A program made the position numbers and the translations under genes. Below, piece after piece: positions 24,540 through 37,461 of a DNA stretch of 64,000 nucleotides. The stretch comes from Hypanus sabinus (lineage: Eukaryota). Every line of letters begins with the position of its first letter. The stretch's first letter is position 1. The notes beneath the pieces are model-generated. The model saw only the letters and a list, made by a program, of their open reading frames with translations. It had not been told where the DNA came from and searched no databases. The stretch covers positions 26,722,001-26,786,000 of the forward strand of contig NC_082731.1 in assembly GCF_030144855.1 (NCBI RefSeq), read 5' to 3'.

Positions 24540-27500
24540 TAGAGTTATAGAGTTACAGAGCACTGCAGAACATAAACAGGCAATTTGGCCCTTCTAGTCC
24601 ATGCTAAGCTATTCATCTGTCTAGTCCCATCAACCTGGACTATTGTCCTCCATACCGATCAGACTAGGTACCTATCCAAGTGTCCCTTAAATATTGAAAT
24701 CAAACCCCCATCTGTTGCTTCCACTGGCAGTTCATTCGACAGTCTCACATCCTCTGAGTGAAGAAGTTTCCCCTGATGTTCCCCTTAAACATCTGCCTTT
24801 CATACTTAACCCATGACATCTAGCTCAAGTCTCACCCAACCTCAGTGAAAAAATCTGCTTATATTTATCCAATCTATACCCCCCATAATTTAATATTTCT
24901 ATCAAATCTCTCCTGATTCTCCTATGCTCTAGGGAATAAGGTCCTAACCTTTCCATATAACTCAGGTCCTCATGTCTTGGCAACATCCTTGCAAATTTTC
25001 TCTGCTCTCTTTCAATCTTATTGATATCTTTCTGGTTGGTAGGTGATCAAAACTGCTCACAATACTCCAAATTAAGCCTCTCCAATGACTTATACAACTT
25101 CAACATAACATCCCAACTCCCGTAGTTAGTGGAGAGGTTGCAGAGGCAGATGTTGTTAAGACTGCATACAAAGTCAGTAATTGAAAGGTTGACCATGGTG
25201 TGAATAGTATCCTAAGCTGTGTATATTTCAATGCAGGAAGTTTCGTAGGAAAGGTGGATGAGCTCAGGGAATAGGTCAACATCTGGAATAATAATATTGT
25301 AGCCATTAGTGAAACTTGCTAGTGAGAGGAGCAGGATAGGCAGCTCAATATTACGGTGTTCTTTCTTTTGGATGTGTCAGAGTGGAAGGGATTAAAGGAA
25401 GAGGGGTGGTGATACTAGTCAGAGAAAATGTCATGGCAGTACTCCATCTGGACAGATTGGGGAACTCGATTAATGAGGTGTTATGGGTGCAACTGAAAAA
25501 ATAAGAAAGGTATTACTATATTAGTGGGTCTGTATGACAGACCATCCAGCAGTCCTAGGGATTTAGAGGAACAAATTTGTAAAGATATCACAGACTGATC
25601 AAGTCAGGTCAAGTCACTTTTTATTGTCATTTCGACCATAACTGCTGGTACAATACACAGTAAAAACGAGACAACGTTTTTCAGGACCATGATGCTACAT
25701 GAAACAATACAAAAACTACACTAGACTACAAACCTACCCAGGACTGCATAAAGTGCACAAACCAGTGCAGGCATTACAATAAATAATAAACAAGACAAGA
25801 GGAACATTTGACAGCAGTAAGTTGGTGTCAGTCCAGATTCTGGGCATTGAGGAGTCTGATGGCTTGGAGGGAGAAACTGTTACAAAGTCTGGTCGTGAGA
25901 GCCTGAATGCTTTGGTGCCTTTTCCCAGATGGCAGGAGGGAGAAGAGTTTGTATGAGGGGTGCGTATGGTCCTTCATAATGCTGTTTGCTTTGTGGATGC
26001 AGCATGTGATGTAAATTTCTGTAATGGCTAGAAATATAAGGCTGTTATAGTCGTTGATTTTAACTTTCCACATATTGACTTGGAATCCCACAGTGTAAGA
26101 GGACTAGATGTGTTAAAAGCTTGTCATATGAGATCCGGAAAGTTTCCTTAATTAGTGCATAGAAGTCCCAATGAGAGAGTGTGCGATACTTGATCTACTA
26201 TGAGGGAATGAGACAGAGCAGGCAACAGAAGTTTGTGTAGGGGAACAGTTTGCATCCACTGACCACAATGCCATTAGTTTCAAATTAAATATGCAAAAAA
26301 TGGGTATTAGAAAGGACCTGGCAAGTGTGGATTGAGACAGGATGTTTTATGGCAAAAGAGTACTTGGAAAGTGGGAGGCCTTCAAAAACAATTTTTTGAG
26401 AGTACAAAGCTTGTGTGTGCCTGTCAGAATGAAAGGTAAGGATAACGTGTAGGAAAGTCAATGAAGGCAAGGTCATAAAAGACATCACAAAAACTGAATT
26501 AGAGTCCAAATCTACAACCCACGTTGATTAAATTATCCTCTGGCACCATTTACTGACAGCATCGAGCGAGAGTGAGGGATCAATTGAATGCAAGGGCCTT
26601 CCCTTGGGAGCAGTGAGCAAGTGAGAGTCCACCACACACAGCCGCCTTCTCCAGCAGCAACGAGTGAGAGGCTGGTAGACCACATGGAACACTTGCTTGC
26701 CTCCGCATCTGCCTCTATAACTTCGGCCTTGCTCGGCGAGATCAGCAAGAGATGAAGTCAATCATGGGCCCATGCCCTGACTCCTGGCTTCCTGGTCTCT
26801 ATGCTGCCTGCTTTTATTACAGCCTCATGGAACACCCCTGGAGACAACAAAGCACCAGATCAACCAATCAGGCTGAAATCAAACTGCCAGGATGTAGAGT
26901 ACAGGCTCTAACAGTAGTAGGAACTTCTGTCAATTTTGCTGCCTCATTCCCTACCAGGAGATGTAATATTGCATCTCTCTAGTTGGGACCTCTATTTCTA
27001 GATTGAGGAAAAACACATCTGACAAACTCTATCCCATCCAGCTCTTTTACAGTATGGGAGTCCCAGTCAATATGTGGGAAGTTAAAATCACCTACTATTA
27101 TAAACCTGTGTTTCTTGTATCTGTCTGAAATCTCCATAAATTTGCTCTTCCGACTACTGGGTAACCAATATAATAATCTCATTAACCTGGCCATTCCTTT
27201 CTTGTTCATCAGTTCCACACATATAAACTTAGTAGATAATCTTTCCAGCCTGTCCTGACTGAACACTGCCTTGATGTTTTTCCCGAGTAGTAATGCTACT
27301 CCTAAAACAATGGAACCCCTAACATTGAGCTGCCAGTTCTGCCCCCCTGCAACTAAGCCTTCACAATGTCATAATTCCATGAGCTGGTCCATGCCCTCTC
27401 ACTGCCTTCCGTACTCCTGGCATTGAAAGAGATGCAACTCAGAACATTCGTCCCACCATGCTCAACCTTTCAATTTCTGACTTTGTACGTAGGCTAAGCG

Positions 27501-27600
27501 CTACCTTTCCCCACAACCACTCCACTCTCTGCTCTGGCACACTGATTCTTATCCCACTGAAACTCTAGTTTAAATCCACCCCCACATGCAACACTAGCAA
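24540..27600. mobile_element. Cluster of CR1 fragments on both strands, with a nested Rex-like 3' end (about 25600-26035)
   Basis: APE motifs (YIQCRKFRRK.., IIVGDFNFPHIDW); Rex-like tail HPSYKLFSLLPSGKR...RLCNSFSLQAIRLLN on minus. Confidence 0.7.
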
Positions 27601-27601
27601 A

Positions 27602-30600
27602 TGCAACCCCCTGGGTCGCCTCAGGCTCGCTCAGCTCGTTCTCGTCTAGGGATAGCAGCCTTCGGCCCCGCCAAACTGGGTAATCAGCTGGTGTGGATGC
27701 TGTGTGATGTCCCCGCCTCGCCCAAAAACAGACAGTACACCATAAGCGATTAAATGAGTACAATTTATAAAGGTTACTATAACTAAGTGATTAATAACGA
27801 TACAGTATATATGAAGAGAAAAAATAAAGAAAAGGCGCCAAACTTATCAAAGTCTAAACCACTTCATGTACAACCGTTGGAGCTCAATTACTGAAGTCTT
27901 CTGGCCACCATTCGATCCCCTCCGAACTCCTTGACTCGCAGCTCAGGACCCTCCGAAGTTGTCAACCAAGCACATCTAGCTTCATCCCTCCCTCCTCGGA
28001 GAACCTCCGGGCCTCGGACCCCCGCTTGGGGTCCGTTCTCGCCCAGCTTACAGCATTGCGTTCTCTCTCTCGACCCCCTCGCGCCGATCTGCCCAAAAGC
28101 CCATCAACAAAAGCTTACAGACTCAGAAGAAAGAACATTAATCCCCATTTGGTTTACAAAGGAATACAATTCTCGTTATCAGTAAATTAGCATTCCTGCT
28201 AATTAACGAAACAAAGAAGCCCTTTTGATTACATACACAGTAACAAAGAAAAAAGAAGAAACCCCCTTTATACACTCTCCCCACCAAATAAAAGTCATGT
28301 CCTCATGACTATTAAATAATTCGCCACCTTTCCTGCCAACACACCGTAACCCAAGCACAAACAGTGACATCTCCTCCCCACACAGTAAACCTCACGCCCT
28401 GTTCCTCAGGCGCTACTTAGGCCAACTATCTGGGAGTTCCCTAACCCTTCTGAGACCTCCGTACCCCCTCACCTAAACCCTTCAGACTCGGACACAACTG
28501 GGGATACTTTGGGCCCACTACCAACTCCTCTCTCAACCTCTCACTCATGCCCCACACTGCACACAGTTAACCCTCCCCGCTACACCTGACTCAATGGGAG
28601 AAGGGCCAAAGGCCTCTTCCTCAATCGAGGGAAAGTCAGCAAAAGGCAGCATGTACCACACATCCAGCACATTATCCAACAAATCTGTATTCTTCCTCAT
28701 TTCTGCGATTGGTAGCTGCTGTTGGATCTTCTCCAAACGGAAACACGTGGCCTGCACTGCTCCTGCAGTCTCTTCAGCCTCCTGTTCAGTATTCACTGCA
28801 CTTCTCTCCAGCTTTTTCTTCCTCATGACTTCCAGATGAACTTTCAGGTTTTGCACTTCATTTGAACTGTCGATGGTCATCTTCAGGTTCCCTTCAAGCT
28901 TCCGCTTCTCTCTTCTGAGATTTGTCTGTAATTTCTTCACCTCCGCAAACTCCCCTCTCTAGGTTCTCAGTTTGCTATTGCCCTCAGTCAGACAACTTTC
29001 TTCATTCTCTCCAACTTGTAAGTCTTCCGAATGGTTCCAGATCAGTCTCTCCATTTTCATTTCAAACTTGATTCCGTAGAGACAGTCACTCACGAGCTGT
29101 GACCTTCGCCAGCCCTGGCACGTGTCCAGAAAACACTTTAACTCGGTAGTTCTCAGCTGCTCCTGCAACGACCTCACTTCATATTCTCCTGAGGCAAATC
29201 CAAATACCAAGAGATCATCAACATACACCAAAACTCCAAACGCCTCCACATCCCCTATGGTCTTCCACCTGCCCCGCAGAAAGGTTGCAAGGGCTCCAGA
29301 TATGCCCTGTGGCATCTTTTCGGACCCGAAGACTCCTAGGGAATTTATAACGGCCGTCTTCTCCTTGTCGGCCCCACTCATCGGGATCTGGCAACATCCA
29401 CTCCTCAGATCCAGCACCTTAAACCACTTCGCACCAGTCAGATAGGCCATCGCCTCTTCGGCCCTCAGGGCCATATTCTGGTCACTGACAGTGCGCCTCT
29501 TCAGCGCAATATAATCCACACACACGCTGCCTACGTCTTCCACGGCTGTAGGGGCCAGTCGCCGCAACCTCTCTCTCTGAGGTGTCTTCAGCAGTCAACT
29601 CCCCTCCCTCGTGGTATTTCGCAGCGTCCACTAAGAGGGTCTCACCCTCAGATACTTCCCCCAGGCCGTACCACCACTGGCTCTTGTTTGAATTCGGTAT
29701 CGGCCCAATGCTGCTATACACGTCCGCACAAGCAGCTCGAAACTCTGGGTGCATCGACAATGCCTCCAAACAACGCTCACCCGCCTCCTCCAGGCAGGCC
29801 CCCAAGCGCACCAGCAGGATATTGGTTCTCTCTAGAACAGAAACGCTGCCCGTCTCAACAGTGTCTGGACACATCAGCATTAACGATTCATGAACCTCAG
29901 TCTCCTCCACATTTGCCTCTAAGAACTCCATTTTCACTGACCAACAACCATCGTCTGGATAATCACCGGCACTGGTACCCCAAATCTCCAGTGTCCTCAA
30001 TGTCATCAAGGGTAAATGCTTCCAATAACGGTTATAAAACAAACTGTACAGCATCTTAACTGACGCCCCGGTGCCGAGGATGGCTTTAACTTGACTTCCA
30101 TGCATCCGTAACAACACCTGTGCTCTTGGTCCCTCTAAGCCTTCAGGAATAGAGTCTGCTCCTTTTGGGAGTTCCTTGGTACATTGCTGGGAACGTGCTC
30201 CCCCAGAGACCCCAAGCCCTTCCCCCACTGGGCCTCCTCTAAGTTTCCCGACACCTCTCGAATCAACAGAACAACTGATCCCCTTGACAGATCCCCTTGG
30301 CACCACAAGCAATTTATCTGCCCCCCTAGGCAAACGGGATACCCTAAAAACTTTCCACCAATCTCCTGCCACGGATATGATAAACCCCCAGCTGCGGCAT
30401 TTGACTTCCAGTCAAACCACAGTCATTTGCCCACACTTTCCCAGAACTAGCAGCGGTCACTTCGAGGTAATTGCGCCCGACAGTTCTAACAAAGTCACCA
30501 GCCCGCATACTGAAACTTTCAACCCGTCCCTGTCGCTTTTCCTCAGCCAAGCACTGCCACTCACCCAACAACTGAGGGGTCCGCTCCGCCCACGCCTCCG

Positions 30601-31580
30601 CCCCTTTAGGGCTGGACATTATTCCAACAACCGGGCGGAGCTCACCACTGCTGAAACATCCCAACCTGTCACTCCTCACTCTCCAAACAGTACGGACAAC
30701 CCATGGTCCCACCACCATTTCGTTGGCACTAGTCGGAACTCGAACAACGACCTCCAGGCTACCAACAGCAGCCACCCCACCCAACACACATGCAGTGATA
30801 ACCAGCAATCACACACCCACAAAGGCACACCAGCTCTTCGCCGCAGACATAAATTAAAGAGGGTGATCACACAGCTTCCACAAAAATCAATCCCGGACGA
30901 GGACCTCACAATGTAACCCCCTGGGTCGCCTCAGGCTCGCTCAGCTCGTTCTCGTCTAGGGGGGAGCAGCCTTTGGCCCCGCCAAACTGGGTAATCAGCT
31001 GGTGTGGATGCTGTGTGATGTCCCCGCCTCGCCCAAAAACAGACAGTACAACATAAGCGATTAAATGAGTACAATTTATAAAGGTTACTATAACTAAGTG
31101 ATTAATAACTATACAGTATATATGAAGAGAAAACATAAAGAAAAGATGCCAAACTTATCAAAGTCCAAACCACTTCGTGCACAACCGTTGGAGCTCAATT
31201 ACTGAAGTCTTCTGGCCACCATTCGATCCCCTCCGAACTCCTCGACTCGCAGCTCAGGACCCTCCGAGTGATCAACCAAGCACATCTAGCTTCATCCCCC
31301 CTCCTCGGAGTACCTCCTAGCCTCGGACCCCCGCTTGGGGTCCGTTCCTCGTCCAGCTTACAGCATTGCGTCTTCTCTCTCAACCCCCTACCGCCGATCT
31401 GCCCAAAAGCCCGTCAACAAAAGCTTACAGACTCAGAAGAAAGAACATTAATCCCCATTTGGTTTACAAAGGAATACCATTCTCGTTATCAGTAAAGGAG
31501 CATTCCTGCTTTTAACAAAACAAAGAAGCCCATTTGATTACATACACAGTAACAAAGAAAAAAGAAGAAACCCCCTTTAA
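27602..31580 (-). mobile_element. PNMA-gag Gypsy LTR element, non-autonomous, carrying a captured myosin fragment
   Basis: LTRs 27602-28274 and 30912-~31580; tRNA-Pro-like PBS about 30890-30908; PPT after 28274; PNMA-like gag ([27 protein letters not shown]); protease; RT ([11 protein letters not shown]...[10 protein letters not shown]); no RNase H or integrase. Confidence 0.9.
28713..29030 (-). pseudogene. myh16: Captured myosin heavy chain rod fragment (MYH16-like), in frame with RT
   Basis: [104 protein letters not shown] resembles the recalled sarcomeric myosin rod. LKMTID, NSKL.T and QEAEETA point to MYH16. Confidence 0.75.
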
Positions 31581-32634
31581 ATGTATAACAGATACGTCCA
31601 GGGCTGAATCACCTGTCTCATGTTCCTGTAAGTTTTGATTTGAAAAAAGAAAATCAGAACAAAGGATGTGCTATTAGGTTTCGAATCCCTTTCTAATAAC
31701 TGTACCAATTGGTTCACTGTGAGACAGAGAAGCATGCAGATTTCTCAGCAGAGACACAGCTCAGTATGTTCTTTGCTTGGAGATTCAGTGCCATTGATCA
31801 GTAACAATGAACACTGTGAATCAATGAGAATCCCTTTCTCCATCTGGGCTGAGCCTGGGATTCACTCAGTTTAATAACTTCACATCCCGACATTCCAGTC
31901 TTACTGCAGCTGTGCCTCTCCCCATCTCTGCAAACTTCATAACCTACATAAACTTCAGAAAATTTTGTTTTCTTTCAACTCTGCTCACTCACACACCTAC
32001 ACTACTGGGTATTTGCAATGTTATTTGCTGTTGTACCTTCTGGGAAGAAATCTTGTCTGGTCTGACTGATATGCAACTCCAGACCTGCAGCAACACAGCT
32101 GAACTTTAATAACCATCAGGAATGAGGCAGCAAATTTTTCAGTTCTAGAGAGATTAGTGTTTGGTGGGAAATGATGAATGAATAAAACAGCTCTTTGATC
32201 AAGTTTTGTAGCTCCTGTCCTCTGGGTTAGTGGCAGTTTTGTGTGTTTGCCATGAAGTCCATGTAAGTTGTCTAGATGATCATTGTTGTCATGTAATATC
32301 ACAAATATGCAAACCTAGGTGTACATTGAAGAGTCACGGAAATGTGAATCCCAGTTAAATCAGCACTGTGATGTTGTCAAACATGTTTTCTGCAGGTTTC
32401 TCAGTTAGGTCCCATATCAGCCTGGTCTTGATGTTCAGCAGTCCCTGGGAAATGCGTTCTTCTCATAAAATCTGACCTAGTCAAGATCGCTCCCTCTTAT
32501 TGCTGAATGCTGGTGTTATTCCACAAGAAGCATATAATTCTGTCAATGCTTGGGTAATTCTAACAAAACATTCTCCTTTCTGACATTCTTTGCAATCACT
32601 GAATTTCCCTCTTGGAAGGAATTCATTGTCTGGC

Positions 32635-32682
32635 AAGTTACGTTGACACTGAATTACGTTGGATTCATTGTCAACGTAACTT
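32635..32682. repeat. 48-bp inverted repeat (20-bp stem with one mismatch, 8-nt loop)
   Basis: aagttacgttgaca-ctgaat-tacgttgg-attcat-tgtcaacgtaactt. Confidence 0.9.
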
Positions 32683-32999
32683 TAGCAATTTATCTGATCC
32701 AGGATTTACACACAAAGCATGTCAGATTGGACAGGAGATTGGTGACCCCTGTGTTTTGTCTCATCAATTTGACTTGTGCCCAACATTATCAAAGGGTCAT
32801 CTGCCCCTTGACTGAGTCAATTTGGAATTTAAGCCCCGTTCACCTTCATCACCTCATGCCTCACAGCCATTGGGTGAAAAACAGGTTCCAGTTCTTGCTG
32901 ACTGGAGTCAGACAGAAGGGATTCTGGCCAAGGAAACTGGAATTAGGATCTGAGTCACACTGAAGCAACAATGTACACAAATGAATGAGTGTATGGACA

Positions 33000-33790
33000 A
33001 CCAGAAACACAAGAGATTCTACAAATGCTGGAAATCTTGAACAACATGCACAAAACGCCGGAGGAACTTGCCAAGTCAGGCAGCATCTATGGATGGAAAT
33101 AAACAGTTGATATTTTGGGCCAAGAGACTTCACTGGTATTGGAAAGGAAGTGGGCAGAAGCCAGAATAAGAGGTGGGTGGAGTGGAGAGGAATACATTCT
33201 GTCAGATGAGAGGTGAGACCAGGTGAGGGGGAAAGGGTGTGGATGGGGAAGGAGTATGAAGTAAGAAGCTGGTAGGGGATAAATGGAAGAGATAAATGGC
33301 TGAAGCAGAAGGAATCTGATTGGACAGAGGACCATGGATGAAAGTGCAGGTGAGGGGGGGGGGGAGGGGGCCCACCAAATAGAGATGATGGGCAAGTAAG
33401 GAGGTGAAGGGATGAGGGGGTATCTAGCATGGGAAATGGAAAAAAGGGGGAAAAAGGGGGAGAAAAGGAGCAGGGAGAGATTACAGGAATTTGCCAAAGT
33501 AAATGCTTATGCCACAAACACGCGAAAATCTGCAGATGCTGGAAATTCAGGCCACACACACAAAATGCTGGTGCTATGCAGCACACCAGGCAGCATCTAT
33601 GGGAAGAAGTACAGTCGACATTTCAGGTCAAGATCTTTTGTCAGGACGAAGTACTTATGCCAGCAGGTTGGCAGATAGCTGGATGGAATTTGAGGTGTTA
33701 CTCCTCCAACCTGACATTAGCCTCACCATAGCAGTAGAGAAAGACATGGACAGACATGTCAGATTGGGAATGGAAAGTCAAATTGAAATA
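33000..33790 (-). mobile_element. Penelope-like 3' ends (two pieces)
   Basis: Antisense pLTR motifs (aaatgctggaaatc..., caggcagcatctatgg) and GIY-YIG tail. Confidence 0.65.
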
Positions 33791-36700
33791 GGTTACCACA
33801 AGGGGAATGGAAAGTTGAACTGAAATGTGAAGGGTAGAGGTAGTCAATTTGAATCATGGGTTTTCTTTTCTCTCTTTTAACCTTCAATGCCAATGGATAT
33901 CAGAGGCAGGTCTGGAATCCATTAAGTGAATTGTAATGAAATTCAAGGACGAATTGTATACACTGCCAATCACTTTATTTCACACTTTCCTGCTGAACAA
34001 TGATATTGTTGGGTAGAACCATCAGAGAATGTTGCATTGAGATTACTCTGGAAAAAGAACACTGGCACAGGCTTCGAAAAACAGCTAGGACATTTTCCAC
34101 CATTGAAAAGGAAGATTCATAGATTTAAGTGTTAGATATTTTCAGCTCTTTTCCCATGCTTGGAAAAAAGGAGCCCCACATATTTCCACTCTCTGTCCTC
34201 TGTATATCGCATTTTGTGTCAGCCATGATAAATGCATGTGCTCTCTGAACCTGGTCGTGGGTCTAAGGACACAAGGTCACAACATTCACTCGAGGATTGG
34301 GCATCAATTCAAAAATAATCCAGGCACCTACATTTCAGTGAGTGGACAATCGACAGAAGAGACTCTCAGAAAACACTGGAAACAGACTCTGGAGACTGAA
34401 GCAAATATATAATTGCAGAGATATTTTTTAAGACTATAAGGCATAGGAGCAGAACTAGGCTATTCCGCCCATCAAGTCTGCTTTGCCATTCCATCATGGC
34501 CGATTGCGGATCCCACTCAACCCCATACACCTGCCTTGTTACCATATCCCCTGACACCCTGTCAGATTGGGCAACGATCAACTTCTGCCTTAAATATAAG
34601 TACACACATGGCCTCCACCATAGTCTGTGACAGAGCATTCCAAAGATTTACTACCTCTGGTGACAAAAATTTCTCCTTTGATTTTGAGGCTGTGCCCTCT
34701 AGTTCTTGATATCCCCACCAGAGGAAACATCTTTTTGAAGAACTGAGAGGACAGTGAAAAGTGAAAGGGGAGATTTTCTCCGGATCTTAAAGCACAGAAT
34801 GTGAGCTTTGCTTATTAAATTATTTTCATTATAACTACAACAGAGACAACTAAAATTACTTGAGGCAAAATGGACAGGTGACGTAATCTTATACCTTTCC
34901 TGCCCAGTAGATGGGGTTAAAGCTAATTGGTGATATGAGTTGATTCAAAGTGCAAAGGTCATCTGTACATCATTCAACAAGATTGAAAGTAGGGACAGGA
35001 ATTGTGTGGGAGAATCAGTTAAGAAGTTTAGTTGTATAAGTAAATTAGTTTTTCTTCAGACATCACTCACCGTCTTTGTACGTCATGTTGATCTGACGAC
35101 TGAAACCAGAAGATGCGTGATTCACTTCACAAGTGTATTTCTGTTTCTTGGTCCTTTCCTGCACAGGCACTGACAGGTAAGTGATTGTTTCAAATGTACC
35201 ATTAGATCTCAGAGTGGAAGGGAGAACGATGCCTTCCTGGGCAGATCCAGCTTTTTCCCAGGAGACTAATGTTGTCAGTAGAGAATCCAGATATCACACA
35301 GCCCAGGACAGCATTCAATTAATTAATTGACCAATTGACAGCCTTGACAGGTGGATACGTTGAGGAGATGTGGTTTGACCAGTTGTCAGAATTACCATGG
35401 ACAGTGTTGTGGACAGGTTTGTTCTGACCCACTGACGTGACATCATTTACCTGATGATTGACTCTCATGACAGATTGTTGCTGGTGGATGAGGTTAAAAT
35501 CACCCAAAAAGACTGTATGGACACAGCAGAACATGCAGGAACTCTGGGAGTAGGAGACTAGCAGAACATGCAGGAACTCTGGGAGTAGGAGACTAGTGGG
35601 AGAGTATGTATCAGACAGTGTGAACTGCAGTAGATGAGGGTTTTGTAGTCCAACAGTAAGATGGTCAACAGACACACATAGGCTTCAGATTGATTCTGCT
35701 ACTGGAACGGCAGCAAACTCAACATTTGGAGGAGAAGTGGAGTGGTGGGAAGGTCACAATTTCAATCAGGGGCAAGATAATGAAATATTCACTTCACAGT
35801 AATCACTTTGGGACAAAGAGCATAAGATATTGAATTCTGGGTTTCAAATAGAATAAATATAAATCAATAAATGTATCAAGTGAATAGGAATCAATATAAT
35901 TTAACTGGTCAATACTGACAACTGCATTGTTTAGAAACATTTCCAGGTGCCTCTGGGGACTGTGAACTCAGAACATCTGCCTTCCTGAGCAAACACAGTT
36001 GATTCAGGTTGACAGGACAGGCAGAGCAGAGAAATGGTCCCTTTCTCATTCCTTCAGACTGAGCCTGAAACAACCAGTGAAGTGCTGATGTCAGACTCCC
36101 CACCGGGGACACAACTTCTGTCAAACAGGGGGACAAACTAACCTGTGCTGTGGGTGAAGTGTCCCAGGAGAGAAAGCACAGGGCACAGTGCCAACTGGAC
36201 CATGTCCACACAGACTGGGCTGAACGATGCTGGTTTAAACCTGATGGGACTCTCCCCACACTGCTACACAGGGAAGGGCGGATGCTTCTGGATGCTGGAG
36301 GCTGTGGTCAGTATTAAGTCGGCACAAACACAAGATAAATCTGGGGTGGAGGCCTTGTGTCAAAGCTGTCATGAAATTAACAGGTTTCAAATATCTTGGA
36401 GACATTGAAGTACATTTCTGCAGAAACGAAGAACTTATCTTTTGTTTAAACTAATAAACCTATATTACATTTAAAACACAGTTTTCAGCCAGAAATAACT
36501 CATAACTAATTACCATTTCAACACATCCAGCCAAGAATCCCCAGTCTGTTGAATGGGAGCTGTGACCCTTTGTCAGGTGCAGCCTGCAAGGGAATGTCTG
36601 AGATGGATTCCTCTGTTTTATTCTGGGAATTCCAGCAGGGCCTGGTGTCATGTGGTAGAGCGTGGTATCTGATCTGGAGGCATCTGTCACTCAGTAAATC

Positions 36701-37461
36701 CTGGGGTACAGTGGTCTGTGGAACAGTGGGACTGACTCCAGTGTAAGTGGCTGAGCACAGGTGATTCTGTTTGGAATTGCCAGCCACAGCCAGACCATTT
36801 CATTTACGGTATCCTCAGCTTCCTGGGTACACAGCAGCTTAGGAAAGAGCTAGTCAGCTGAGTATGAGGAAACTTGCTGCTCTTTATCAACATTAGTTCC
36901 TTACAACAGGGGAATCACTGACCAAAGACCTGGGACAATATGGATGGCCAACAACCAACTAGTGTCTAATTATTAAATGACTGCACTGTCAGAATTCAGA
37001 TAAGGAGTTCCCAGTGGTGGGGATCTTTAGGAATTGTAAGCTGAAAGTGACCATTCCATTCCAACATCATGCAAACAGACTAGATTGTCATGATGCAGTT
37101 CAGTTTGTGGGAACAAGATGCAGACAAGTTGGAGGTTAACTCCCCTATATGAAGTGATACACTGCAGAAGAACTTGCTGGGTTGGGAAAGGCTCTGGAAT
37201 GTACTAGGATTGTAAAACTCAAAAAAGAACAATTTGTTTTCATAAAAATAAATACAGTAAAATATAACTGGAAACAGTGTAGTTGCCAGAAATCAGACTG
37301 ACAAGAGTCTCGTGAAAGGTCACTGATGTGAAACATTAACTCTGTTTCTCACCCCACAGATGTTCCCTGAGCTGCTCAGTGTTGGCAGTGCAGGAGGCAC
37401 AATAATGTCAGTCAGTGAGATTTGCAGCTGAGGACTTTTACATCCCGGGACCAGCAGGTGA

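Noticed and set aside
29688-30916. Long plus-strand Pro/Ser/Thr-rich ORFs (also 53776-55098 on +)
   Set aside because: Antisense shadows of GC-rich Gypsy gag/pol, with no independent domain signal.
27597-31590. TSD for the myosin-bearing element
   Set aside because: Flanks do not match (gcaaa versus aatgt) and the right LTR edge looks trimmed, so no TSD is claimed.
35526-35595. Exact 35-bp tandem duplication
   Set aside because: Only two copies; ordinary slippage with no functional context.
35100-35700. Leader-like exon (ATG 35113, donor GGTAAGTG), ~100-bp intron, then DITQP...MWFDQ; also ARF-like IIYLMIDSHDR on + and GDFNL on -
   Set aside because: Frames do not join without stops, there are no V cysteines or RSS, and three incompatible weak readings suggest chance or an unrecognisably old repeat.
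31715-36190. Isolated perfect heptamers (31715, 31812, 32364, 36184)
   Set aside because: No nonamer at 12 or 23 spacing and no adjacent V, D or J sequence.
36050-36320. Ig-like phrase SVKQGDKLTCAV...WFKPDG after a splice acceptor
   Set aside because: Cys-Trp spacing is wrong, there is no second Cys in a YxC motif, and the acceptor is out of frame.
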